The notes below the pieces were generated by a model, which was not told where the DNA came from, ran no database searches, and saw only the letters and a program-made list of their open reading frames with translations. The translations under genes were made by a program, and so were the position numbers. Shown in pieces: positions 51,145 through 59,958 of a stretch of 64,000 nucleotides of DNA (position 1 is its first letter; every line of letters starts with the position of its first letter). This DNA is from Nitrosopumilaceae archaeon (lineage in GTDB: Archaea; Thermoproteota; Nitrososphaeria; Nitrososphaerales; Nitrosopumilaceae), in the NCBI GenBank assembly GCA_965209085.1, contig OZ242376.1, positions 160,001 through 224,000 on the forward strand. Direction: 5' to 3'.

Positions 51145-51566
51145 AACAGATTGAACAAACTTCAGCCGGCGCTGTCATATACCGAGATCTGCTGAACGGC
51201 AGGGAGTATCTACTGCTACGATATCTTGGAGGACACTGGGATTTTGTAAAAGGCAAGACCGAAGCTGGAGAATCACTCAAAGATACGGTAATACGGGAAA
51301 CACAGGAAGAGACTGGCATATCGGATCTTGTCATTGAAGACGGGTTTGAAGATGAGATTTACTACCGGTTCAAACACGATAGCACCCTGATAAGCAAACG
51401 AGTCGTGTTTTATCTTGCAAGCACAAAAACCGAACGTGTGGTAATATCTGACGAGCACACAGATTATGCGTGGATGGGAATGAACGATGCCATGCAAAGA
51501 CTCACTTATGATAATGCACGGTTTGTTTTGTTCCGTGCCGATAAAAAATTATCCTCATCTATCTAG
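51141..51566 (+). CDS. NUDIX hydrolase (Ap4A hydrolase-like)
   Basis: HWDFVKG...RETQEETG Nudix box, SDEH. Confidence 0.93.
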   Translation: MKQIEQTSAGAVIYRDLLNGREYLLLRYLGGHWDFVKGKTEAGESLKDTVIRETQEETGISDLVIEDGFEDEIYYRFKHDSTLISKRVVFYLASTKTERVVISDEHTDYAWMGMNDAMQRLTYDNARFVLFRADKKLSSSI

Positions 51567-52280
51567 AATAGTTTTTGCCGCTTTTGCAGGATTTACAGAA
51601 TTTATAACGCTTCTTCCCGCTATGAGATACTTTGTTCCAGCTTTGATCGCCATGCGCGGATCCCCGCCCTGAACCCCGACTCCGGGAGAGTATATTGCAG
51701 TGTGCGGGGATTTTTTTCTGCACTCTGCGATTATCTTTGGATATGTTGCACCAACTACAATGCCGTCAACTTTTGCGTACAATGCCCAGTTTAGAAACAG
51801 CTCGTACAGACGTTTGCCACTTTTTACGGGCGTCTCGTACGCCTCTTTGGCCTCTGGCGCACTCATATGGCATAGGGATATTATTCCCATGCGGCGGCGG
51901 CGCGCCTGAATAACCAGTGCGGCAAGAGCTTTTTTGCCCATTATTGGATTTGTAATCACCGCATCAAAGCCCATTTTATTCAGACATTCTAGCGCAGCCG
52001 TATTTGTATTGCCAATATCGTTGAGTTTAATGTCTGCAATGCACGTTAGACCCAGTTTGTGCGCTGCTGAATTTACAGCCGCCATTTCCGAGGGACCGGT
52101 GCTTAGAAGCATGTGGAAGTTTATTTTTATGGCGCATATGCTGCCGCCTGCGGATTTTATGACTTTGAGAGTCTTGGATTTTACCGCCCTAGTGCCGGGA
52201 GCATAGTCGCATGCAAGAATGAGCGGACCGCTTCCTGCCGAAGCTTTTGCTATTCTAGTTTTGAAGCTGGGTGTGGTCAA
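51555..52280 (-). CDS. pyrF: Orotidine 5'-phosphate decarboxylase
   Basis: DIKLNDIGNT, VVGAT, SPGVGVQGG, GRS. Confidence 0.96.
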   Translation of the reverse strand: MTTPSFKTRIAKASAGSGPLILACDYAPGTRAVKSKTLKVIKSAGGSICAIKINFHMLLSTGPSEMAAVNSAAHKLGLTCIADIKLNDIGNTNTAALECLNKMGFDAVITNPIMGKKALAALVIQARRRRMGIISLCHMSAPEAKEAYETPVKSGKRLYELFLNWALYAKVDGIVVGATYPKIIAECRKKSPHTAIYSPGVGVQGGDPRMAIKAGTKYLIAGRSVINSVNPAKAAKTILDR

Positions 52281-52923
52281 CTAGCGGATGCATCTCCATG
52301 AGTTTTATTATCTTAATGTACGTATATCCGTGTCCATCCAGATTGTCTACAAATTCAGGCATTTTGCCGTTGTTTAACGAATATCTTAGAAACGGCATTT
52401 TTGGTTTTTCATCCATCTGCACGTACAAAAAATACGAAGGACCATCCTCATTGAAATTCATAAACAGACCTATGAGCCATTTTTCACCGTACGGAAACGC
52501 AAAGAGTGGAAACGGAACCTCGTCTAATCCGTAACTTAGTTTTGCAAGACTTGCAATGTCTTCAAGTCTTACCGGGTGGTATTTTGTCCCCTCGCCGTTG
52601 CCGTCTTTTAGGATGTTTGGCAAATCTTTTATTTTTATTATGGGCGAATACAGTTTACTGTTGTCGTTGGTGTTTTCAACTATGGACGCATTTTCTTTGC
52701 CTACTTTAAAACCATAGCACAGATAGTGTCCGGCATCGCTGTTTGGCGTATAGTATATGACAGGTTTCTCATTTAGCAGATCAATTTGTACGGAGAGAAC
52801 TTTGGAGCCGTCGTGTTCGTGCAAAAACGACACCCTTGGCATACGTTCTAGCGCGCATACTAGACGGGAAAATTCAAGAGTTGATTCAACCTGTATGTAT
52901 TTTGGGCGAGAATTTGATTCCAC
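52255..52923 (-). CDS. Conserved hypothetical protein
   Basis: 222-aa ORF in operon with purA and pyrF. Confidence 0.8.
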   Translation of the reverse strand: MESNSRPKYIQVESTLEFSRLVCALERMPRVSFLHEHDGSKVLSVQIDLLNEKPVIYYTPNSDAGHYLCYGFKVGKENASIVENTNDNSKLYSPIIKIKDLPNILKDGNGEGTKYHPVRLEDIASLAKLSYGLDEVPFPLFAFPYGEKWLIGLFMNFNEDGPSYFLYVQMDEKPKMPFLRYSLNNGKMPEFVDNLDGHGYTYIKIIKLMEMHPLVDHTQLQN

Positions 52924-52979
52924 ATAAACCGTATAAAATCAAACCAAATAAACCTAACCCGTGAGTAATTGTTTTACCC

Positions 52980-53987
52980 TCATGGTGTGCCGCGTCTGTC
53001 CACAATGTCTTCGGAGGAGGGACCTGTGCCTACAAGCGTGACCGGCACGCCTAATTTTTCCTCGATGTTTTCTAAAAATTTTTTTGCATTCCCTGGCATG
53101 CCTGCATACTCGTTTACATGTGCGCATTCCGGATACAACACATCCATCTTTGTTATGGCTATCTGTGTGGCTCCGTTTAACATAACTGCGCGTCTGGCCA
53201 AATCAAAATTAAATTCCGCTGCGCGCCTAGCCCTGCCTGTGACCGTGCCAAATTCTCCCCACCGCCGTTTTTCTATCTCTTCTGCATCAAGCTCGCCATC
53301 CATGGGACCCGTGCCTACCCTGGTCACAAATGACTTGAAGACGACCATTACCTCATTAACCTTGGTTGGCCCCATGCCTATGTCGGCGCATATCCCGGAT
53401 GCGGTAACGTCTTTAGAGGTAACATACGGATACGTACCGTGCCACAATGAGAGGAACGTTCCTTGCGTGCCCTCTACAAGTACATTCTGACCTTTTCTGA
53501 GCGATTCGTTTATTCTTGCAGGCACGTCAGTTATGTATTTTTTGAGCTGATCGAATTCTTTTGCCAGCCTGAGGGTTCTCATTGCCCGTGCCGCATTGGC
53601 CGGACCTGTTCCTGAACCCGTACTGCCTATCTTTTCCTTTAGTCGCCCCCTGCTATCTTCGAGCTTGTGGGCATCCTCTATGATGCCGCAGTTGGCATCC
53701 ACAAACGTTCTGCCATCCGTACCCATCTCTGCAATCTCTCCAAGCAACACACCCGGATCGACTACCACCCCCGGTCCTATCATGATATCAGATGATTCGT
53801 TTAGAAAACCACTTGGGAGCATCCGAACCTTGAAAGTTTTGCCTTTATGCTTTATCGTGTGTCCTGCATTGGGTCCGGCTCCGCCGCGCACCACTATATG
53901 GGGAGAGTCATTTGATGCTAGATGGGATATGATCTTGCCTTTTCCCTCGTCTCCAAAAAATCCTCCAACCACGACTGTTGCCGGCAT
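52980..53987 (-). CDS. purA: Adenylosuccinate synthetase (short archaeal type)
   Basis: GDEGKGK, NAGHT, EGTQG, GTYPYVTS, GTVTGR; start moved to 53987. Confidence 0.97.
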   Translation of the reverse strand: MPATVVVGGFFGDEGKGKIISHLASNDSPHIVVRGGAGPNAGHTIKHKGKTFKVRMLPSGFLNESSDIMIGPGVVVDPGVLLGEIAEMGTDGRTFVDANCGIIEDAHKLEDSRGRLKEKIGSTGSGTGPANAARAMRTLRLAKEFDQLKKYITDVPARINESLRKGQNVLVEGTQGTFLSLWHGTYPYVTSKDVTASGICADIGMGPTKVNEVMVVFKSFVTRVGTGPMDGELDAEEIEKRRWGEFGTVTGRARRAAEFNFDLARRAVMLNGATQIAITKMDVLYPECAHVNEYAGMPGNAKKFLENIEEKLGVPVTLVGTGPSSEDIVDRRGTP

Positions 53988-54058
53988 AAAATTACAGCAT
54001 ACTGTACAATATTTTAAGATAAGGGAACGTTTAATCGCCCACTCGGGTGCGATCATGC

Positions 54059-54520
54059 ATGTCTGGGGAAAACTATGCCGGAAACATTATTGTAATTCTG
54101 GCAAATATGCCTGATTTTCTGAGAAAACCCATATTAAAAAAACGCATAAACGAGTTTTACACGCTGGATAAAACCGAACAGGATGATATAGTATACAACG
54201 CACTGCAGGCGGGACCTGAAATTCCGTTTGCAAATTTTGGAAGATTATTTGGAACGTGGCTGGAGATCATGGCGGAGCTCCCGCAGGAGAAGCGGGTGCA
54301 AATGTTCGCATCATACGCTTCAATGGCCGCAAAAAATCCGCAGTATCTTGTCAGATTTCATCTGGATGGAATGCTGGAAATATTTCTCTCGCTTTCAGAA
54401 GAGGCAAAGGCTGCAATCGCATCATCTGCACTGTGCGCCATAAACGGAATAAAAGATGAAGAAAGAAAAAAAATTATGCTTATAATTCCGGACGGAATAA
54501 AAAAACAGCTTGGATTTTAG
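54059..54520 (+). CDS. Conserved hypothetical helical protein
   Basis: ORF divergent from purA; ATG 54059. Confidence 0.75.
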   Translation: MSGENYAGNIIVILANMPDFLRKPILKKRINEFYTLDKTEQDDIVYNALQAGPEIPFANFGRLFGTWLEIMAELPQEKRVQMFASYASMAAKNPQYLVRFHLDGMLEIFLSLSEEAKAAIASSALCAINGIKDEERKKIMLIIPDGIKKQLGF

Positions 54521-54786
54521 GCATCGGGGTTGCGGTTGTCCTCGTTGGTAAAGTCCGGCGCCGCACCATCTGCGTCCAACACTCCTACGAATATTTTTTC
54601 CTGTTTTTTGAGAACCTTGCGGTGATCTGACATGGACATGTCAAGCCTCATCTCGTTCATTACCATTACGCGGTATTCCATCCATTCTGCCCAGCATTTG
54701 GAACAGCACGGATACTTTTCTGCCCGATGATCCAATTCCTGACCGTCGGGTATCTCTGTTTTGCATTTTGTACATATTTTAGACAA
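54517..54786 (-). CDS. Fe(II)-trafficking (YggX-like) protein
   Basis: CSKCWAEW...MVMNEMRLDM...HRKVL. Confidence 0.75.
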   Translation of the reverse strand: MSKICTKCKTEIPDGQELDHRAEKYPCCSKCWAEWMEYRVMVMNEMRLDMSMSDHRKVLKKQEKIFVGVLDADGAAPDFTNEDNRNPDA

Positions 54787-54860
54787 TAGTTGGGCGTCAA
54801 ATGACGCACTAAAATATCTTTATACAACAAATCTATTAACGGGATACCCCTTGTCTATAC

Positions 54861-55082
54861 GTGCTCATAAAATGTCCCAAATGCAAAAAAAATGCAAATT
54901 TGGGTCAGGATTTTTCAAAAGTTGAATGCAGCTTTTGCGGTCTTGACATTAGCTACGGCGAATACGTAAAAATCATAGCACACGAGGATCCTGCATATTC
55001 GGACATATTGAGCGATTATACCGGAACCACGCAGGGACAGGCTGCAGGAACCCTGGATGATTGGGATTCTCAGACGGAATGA
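54861..55082 (+). CDS. Small zinc-finger protein
   Basis: KCPKC...ECSFCG. Confidence 0.75.
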   Translation: MLIKCPKCKKNANLGQDFSKVECSFCGLDISYGEYVKIIAHEDPAYSDILSDYTGTTQGQAAGTLDDWDSQTE

Positions 55083-55120
55083 GATCATGTTAAAATAATT
55101 CCAAAACCTTTGCTACGTAA

Positions 55121-55747
55121 ATGGAATATCTTTTGGAGAACATTTTGAACATGGTTGGGTTTATTGTGGGACTTTGTATAGGACTTGCATCGTATTTTGG
55201 ATACAGGAATACTGGAAGCCCCGTTCTTTTTCGCATGTCCGTGGCGTTTTTGTCCATTGGCATTGGATTTTTTGTAATATGGATGGGATATCTTGCCGAA
55301 GATTTGGTGCTACAGCAGGGCCACATAGACAGATCGGTGCAGGCTCTTGGAATAGCGGTGCAGACTGTGGGATATTTTTTTATAGCATTCTCGCACGGAA
55401 TAAAATCATTTTTTCCAAAAAACCGCGCACTTCGTTCCGTTGTCGTGTTTCCACTTTTGATATCCGGAACGCACATCGAACACGTGCTTCGTTCGGTCTC
55501 ATTCATACTCTTAACATATGGCGCCATTGAAACGATACTCTCGTATACAGACACAAAAAATAAGAGCGTATTTTTTGTGGCAGGCGGTCTTCTAATGCTA
55601 GCACTTGGGGAATTTATCGCATGGTATTCGGTTCTCTTTCCAGAATCCACCATTTACAGTATTTCAGTGCTGATCAAAATTACCGGCCTGCTTTTGCTGT
55701 TCGTACCGGTGGGACGCGTCACACTGCGCAGCAGAATATCCGGCTAG
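55121..55747 (+). CDS. Polytopic membrane protein (6-7 TM)
   Basis: Successive hydrophobic helices. Confidence 0.8.
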   Translation: MEYLLENILNMVGFIVGLCIGLASYFGYRNTGSPVLFRMSVAFLSIGIGFFVIWMGYLAEDLVLQQGHIDRSVQALGIAVQTVGYFFIAFSHGIKSFFPKNRALRSVVVFPLLISGTHIEHVLRSVSFILLTYGAIETILSYTDTKNKSVFFVAGGLLMLALGEFIAWYSVLFPESTIYSISVLIKITGLLLLFVPVGRVTLRSRISG

Positions 55748-55830
55748 GCGTGAATGTCAAATTTTTTTATCTTTTTTGTACATTTGATATCATCATACCC
55801 TAAACATTCAAAGATTACGTATCAATTACT

Positions 55831-56118
55831 ATGACAGAACACAGATCCAACATACGGGTTATCGGGGATATTCTGTTTACGGCAAGGGATCGCATGGAGG
55901 ATGAATGCGGCGTTGGCGTCACCGTACTTGTAAGGCGCGCAAACATACCGCATACGCGCATATCGGGAATACTAAACACGCTTGTCTCACAAGGGCTGCT
56001 TGAGCAGACCAATTCGGACGGGGCATGCAGGTACAAAGTGAGCGGAACGGGAAAAGAATTTCTTCTTGAATATCAAAAATTCAGCAGCTTTGCAGAAGAT
56101 TACGGCATGAGCATTTAA
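55831..56118 (+). CDS. Winged-helix transcription regulator (HTH_45/ArnR1-like)
   Basis: RSNIRVIGDIL...LVRRANI...YKVSGTGKEFL. Confidence 0.88.
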   Translation: MTEHRSNIRVIGDILFTARDRMEDECGVGVTVLVRRANIPHTRISGILNTLVSQGLLEQTNSDGACRYKVSGTGKEFLLEYQKFSSFAEDYGMSI

Positions 56119-56183
56119 AATTCATCGTCTACAAAATCATCTTCAAATTCGTTTACTTCCTGCGGTTCGGGATTTGATGCCAC
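56115..56183 (-). CDS. Putative 22-aa acidic micropeptide; not in the ORF track
   Basis: GTG...TAA encodes MASNPEPQEVNEFEDDFVDDEF; TATA-like TTAATATA 20-27 nt upstream. Confidence 0.55.
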   Translation of the reverse strand: MASNPEPQEVNEFEDDFVDDEF

Positions 56184-56230
56184 TGTTTTTCCTAGAACGG
56201 ATTTATATTAAAACCGTACGGGACGTACGT

Positions 56231-56836
56231 GTGGCGCAAACTGTTTACAAATGCAGTACGGACGGAATAAATGCAGCATGCACGGCTGTATCTTCTGGAG
56301 GCGTGATAATATTTCCAACCGATACAGTCTATGGAATAGGATGCAGCCCGTATCAAAGCAAGGCGGTAAACCGCGTGTATGAAATCAAAGGCAGGGATGC
56401 TTCAAAACGGCTGCCGGTTCTTGCCGGCTCGTATGAGGATCTTGAAAAATTTTGCCAGTTTGATATGCGGCACAAAAAGCTGGCCGATAAATTCTGGCCC
56501 GGACCTGTAACAATGGTGGTAAAACTTTTGGATCCGCGGATGGAAAAAACAATGAATCTTGATGGCACCGTTGCAGTCAGGGTGCCGGCCGGAGAGTGCG
56601 CCAAAGCTGTTCTTACATCGTGCGGCCCGCTTGCCTGTACTAGCGCAAATGTGTCCGGTGCCCCCTCTGCAATCAAATACGGCCAGTGCGATATGTTGGA
56701 TGTGGACGTGGGTCTTGACGGAGGGTCAGTGCAGGGAACAGAATCAACCATAATAGATGCCACAGGCGATGGAATGCGCATACTGCGGGAGGGACTAGTA
56801 GGTGCAAAAGAGGTGCAGGATGCATGGCAGGACTGA
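56231..56836 (+). CDS. tsaC: L-threonylcarbamoyladenylate synthase (TsaC/Sua5 YrdC domain)
   Basis: FPTDTVYG, IKGR, FWPGP, AVRVP, TSANVSG, STII; GTG 56231. Confidence 0.95.
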   Translation: MAQTVYKCSTDGINAACTAVSSGGVIIFPTDTVYGIGCSPYQSKAVNRVYEIKGRDASKRLPVLAGSYEDLEKFCQFDMRHKKLADKFWPGPVTMVVKLLDPRMEKTMNLDGTVAVRVPAGECAKAVLTSCGPLACTSANVSGAPSAIKYGQCDMLDVDVGLDGGSVQGTESTIIDATGDGMRILREGLVGAKEVQDAWQD

Positions 56837-57345
56837 TTGTTACGTGCGCCAGGCATTTTGAGCCTGACACGTGCGGGGAAATTGAAAATATTCTTGCCGA
56901 TCTTGGGGATGAATGCTCATCCGCTAGGGCAACCTCCATGTCAGGAATAATAACCGTAGAGACGGAACTGGATCCGGAAAATGTGGTAAATCGCGTGCGT
57001 GAGATAGTGGATGATGAGCCGTGGGCGGTGCGGTATGTGATGAGGCTGATACCGATTATGGAGTGGATTGAATCAAAACAGGATCAAATCGTATCTGACG
57101 TACTGAAAATGTCCAAAAATCTGCTACCTGAAAATACTTCTTACCGCATTACAATTGAAAAACGCAATTCAGGACTCTCTTCACGCGATATTATTACGGC
57201 AATTGCGGAAAAAATACCAAACAAAGTATCGCTTGAAAAAGCCGATTTTATAGTGCTAGTTGAGATACTTGGCGCACGGACCGGCATTTCAGTTATGCGC
57301 GCGCCGGCCATACTCAGCGTGAGTCGGCAAAAACGTCTAGACTAG
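56824..57345 (+). CDS. THUMP-domain protein
   Basis: SYRITIEKR...KVSLEKADFIVLVEI. Confidence 0.9.
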   Translation: MAGLIVTCARHFEPDTCGEIENILADLGDECSSARATSMSGIITVETELDPENVVNRVREIVDDEPWAVRYVMRLIPIMEWIESKQDQIVSDVLKMSKNLLPENTSYRITIEKRNSGLSSRDIITAIAEKIPNKVSLEKADFIVLVEILGARTGISVMRAPAILSVSRQKRLD

Positions 57346-58107
57346 CACGGCTGCGTGTTCTGCAAGCACATCTTCCAGACTGCCGTCGCATGCTGCCTCT
57401 TCTTTTTCAGATATGTTGAATTTTTTAGCAACGTCCATGCGCGCCGGTGCAGAGCATCCGATCTCATCTTTTGAAACCTCCAAGTACAGTTTTTTGCACT
57501 GCGCTGCAGAACCTACCGCCACAAGAACAAATCTGCCGCCTGATTTTGCACCCGCGTGCTCTATGGCCACTGAAATTTGCGTTGTTGCAGCAAACCGAAG
57601 AAGCATGTCAGTTTCCAATTTTTTTGCAAGCAGGGAATTGTTTTTGCGCGCCAAAAGGGAAATTGCGGCAATTTTTTCAACGTGCGAATATCCAAGTATG
57701 CATTCGGATGCAACCGCCTGTATGAGCAATTTTGGAAAGTTTTCCCTAATCCTGTCAATGTATGATCCGGCATTTTCTTTTATGCGTCCAATCCAGTACG
57801 CTTCCAGATGCGCACCATTGATGTCAAATGAGGCGCGCTGCAGTTTTATCGCCCCTCCATGAACCACGGGTATGATGCTTACAGTATCACCGCTGTGAAT
57901 AACAGCACTCATTCCGCCAAGAACTGAGATCTCTGATCCGTTTATTGCAACCAGGGTGTTTTTTGGCTCTATCCCCTCTGAGCCTTTGGGTTTTAACCCG
58001 TCAAGAATATCAAGCAGATCTGCAACGGTAATTCCGTCTTTGTCAACGTCCATGCAGTCAACACCAAACGCTTTTTTTGCGCCGCCAAGCATTTTTACTT
58101 TAATCAT
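57337..58107 (-). CDS. Ubiquitin-like (MoaD/ThiS/SAMP) domain fused to KEOPS subunit Cgi121
   Basis: LVAING...GDTVSIIPVVHGG, then IQAV...LETDMLLRFAATTQISVAI. Confidence 0.9.
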   Translation of the reverse strand: MIKVKMLGGAKKAFGVDCMDVDKDGITVADLLDILDGLKPKGSEGIEPKNTLVAINGSEISVLGGMSAVIHSGDTVSIIPVVHGGAIKLQRASFDINGAHLEAYWIGRIKENAGSYIDRIRENFPKLLIQAVASECILGYSHVEKIAAISLLARKNNSLLAKKLETDMLLRFAATTQISVAIEHAGAKSGGRFVLVAVGSAAQCKKLYLEVSKDEIGCSAPARMDVAKKFNISEKEEAACDGSLEDVLAEHAAVLV

Positions 58108-58156
58108 GAAACATGTGTGAGACTGCGCTGAAAATTAACCTTTAGAACCGTACGAT

Positions 58157-58414
58157 CTATTCTTCTTCGGTTCTGGGCTTTGAATCAGTTTTTCTCTCGG
58201 CCACCGATGCGGTTTCACGCTTTACTCTCTCTTTCTCCTCAAAGATCTCTCTTTTGACCGCCCGTGTTATGCGTCCGCTAATTTTGTTTTTCAGGCTCTT
58301 TGAGCGTATAATGGCCAGAGATTCAAGAGCTGCCTTGTTTTCATCAAAGTTTGTGCCAAAATTCGATCTGTGATCCTTTAGCACTTCAAAGGATATTTTT
58401 CTTATTCTGTCCAT
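58157..58414 (-). CDS. rps17e: 30S ribosomal protein S17e
   Basis: FGTNFDENK...SKSLKNKISG; start moved to 58414. Confidence 0.92.
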   Translation of the reverse strand: MDRIRKISFEVLKDHRSNFGTNFDENKAALESLAIIRSKSLKNKISGRITRAVKREIFEEKERVKRETASVAERKTDSKPRTEEE

Positions 58415-58446
58415 AAAAATAATGCATCCGCTAGGGTGTTTTAAAG

Positions 58447-59226
58447 CTATACGGCTACTTGGGATTTGCCCAAAAAACGCCCAGAATTTTCCAATAAAAT
58501 ACACTCTGTCTCCTCGTACGTCAAATCCAAAGCTTGTGATGCTGCATATATGACGCTTGGAATAAACGAGACCTGGCCGGATCTTGCACCAAAACATCTT
58601 GAAAATCTGACCGGACCGTCAGTTTCGACAAGTATGCGGTCTGTGGGAGTTTTTGCAAGCAGGCTTTTTTTATCATTAGCATACACCATGACCGGACCGA
58701 ATCCCAAATACAGTCCTGCATCCACTGCGCGCCGCAGCTGTTTTTTGTTTCCGTCATACCAGTGCAGACAGGCAGAACGCACCGAATGGGTGGAGAGAAC
58801 ATCTAGTACATCATCCACACTCTTTCTTGAATGAATTGATACCGGTTTGCGGTGTTTTTCTGCCGCCATTAAAAATTCATCAAATACGCATCTTTGTTGC
58901 GCGTATTCTGTTTCATCCTTGGCCAGCGTGGGATCAAGACCAATCTCCCCTATCCCTGCTATGCGTTCTGTATTCTCATCGATCATGCGCAAAAGATTGC
59001 CCGCTCCCCCGGATGCATTTTCCGGATGCACCCCTACAAACGCAAGAATCATTTCATACCTGTCCGCAAGATCCATCGTCCGTGCAGAATCTGACTCGTC
59101 CATGGAAACACAGCAGGCGGCAGTGCGCGTTTTTTTCATGCCATATACTACAGCGTCAATGTATGCAGCATACTCTGGATCGGTCAGATGAACGTGTGTA
59201 TCATACATGAGAGCGCCGTAAACCAT
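58447..59226 (-). CDS. tatD: TatD family hydrolase
   Basis: DTHVH, GVHP, GEIGLD, IHSR, LHW, VETDGP; start moved to 59226. Confidence 0.94.
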   Translation of the reverse strand: MVYGALMYDTHVHLTDPEYAAYIDAVVYGMKKTRTAACCVSMDESDSARTMDLADRYEMILAFVGVHPENASGGAGNLLRMIDENTERIAGIGEIGLDPTLAKDETEYAQQRCVFDEFLMAAEKHRKPVSIHSRKSVDDVLDVLSTHSVRSACLHWYDGNKKQLRRAVDAGLYLGFGPVMVYANDKKSLLAKTPTDRILVETDGPVRFSRCFGARSGQVSFIPSVIYAASQALDLTYEETECILLENSGRFLGKSQVAV

Positions 59227-59320
59227 GTTAATTTTCAGCATGTGTGTGGTCTGTATAAATCGCCCCGTTTGTCGTATTTTTTTATATTTTGATTTTAATT
59301 TACATTGTGAAACACATGTT

Positions 59321-59542
59321 ATGAAATCCTCAGAGTTTGGATTGCTTCCAATGTACCGGCTGCTCAAAAGTTCCGGCGCCCACCGTATAAGCGAAGAATC
59401 AGCTGAGGAGCTGCGCCGCATAACCGAAGAAGTGGCTTTTGAGGTGGCAAAGAGTGCGGTGGATTTGTGCGAACACGCAGGCCGCAGAACCGTAAAAGCT
59501 GAGGACATCAAACTTGCCTCAAGAAACATTCTGAAAACATAA
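59321..59542 (+). CDS. Archaeal histone
   Basis: PMYRLLKSSGAHRISEESA...HAGRRTVKAEDI histone fold; ATG 59321. Confidence 0.96.
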   Translation: MKSSEFGLLPMYRLLKSSGAHRISEESAEELRRITEEVAFEVAKSAVDLCEHAGRRTVKAEDIKLASRNILKT

Positions 59543-59574
59543 CGGTTTAATTGTAAAGCTGGCATACACACTTC

Positions 59575-59646
59575 GGTGAGGTGGCAGAACGGTCATGCGT
59601 GAGCCTGCAAAGCTTATCCAAGGGGGTTCAACTCCCTCTCTCACCT
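59575..59646 (+). tRNA. tRNA-Cys(GCA)
   Basis: GGTGAGG/TCTCACC acceptor, TGAGC-CT-GCA-AA-GCTTA anticodon arm, GGTTCAACTCC T-arm, U73. Confidence 0.95.
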
Positions 59647-59655
59647 TTATAAAAA

Positions 59656-59719
59656 TTGGCAGGCGTCGAACCGCGTAAAAAACTTGCAGGAGATTTACAC
59701 GGGTCAGACACGCTACCAA
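59656..59719 (-). ncRNA. Candidate 64-nt stem-bulge ncRNA
   Basis: 23-bp hairpin with three G-U pairs on the minus strand only; TATA-like 59741-59747 upstream, T5 run downstream. Confidence 0.5.
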
Positions 59720-59811
59720 AGCTAGTAAAAAAACAACTAATATTTAACAATCGGTTTTTTCACAATTATTGCCCTGATCATTTTTATATGTGAGATCAAA
59801 AAACGGTTTGA

Positions 59812-59958
59812 ATGACCGAAAAATGCGCATCTTGCGGAGGAAACATTGCACAAAAATTCATGCCCATGGAAAAATGGAACACAAAGGGACCGCTGTGCGG
59901 CAAGTGTTATTCGAAAATGATATCTGATCATTATCCTGGGGATCACGTACGGGTATAG
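59812..59958 (+). CDS. 48-aa zinc-finger protein; not in the ORF track
   Basis: MTEKCASCGG...PMEKWNTKGPLCGKCYSK; TTTTATAT about 25 nt upstream. Confidence 0.8.
   Translation: MTEKCASCGGNIAQKFMPMEKWNTKGPLCGKCYSKMISDHYPGDHVRV

Noticed and set aside
59656-59719. Second or split tRNA-Cys gene
   Set aside because: No cloverleaf: anticodon and T stems do not form and a single long hairpin fits better; kept as an ncRNA candidate
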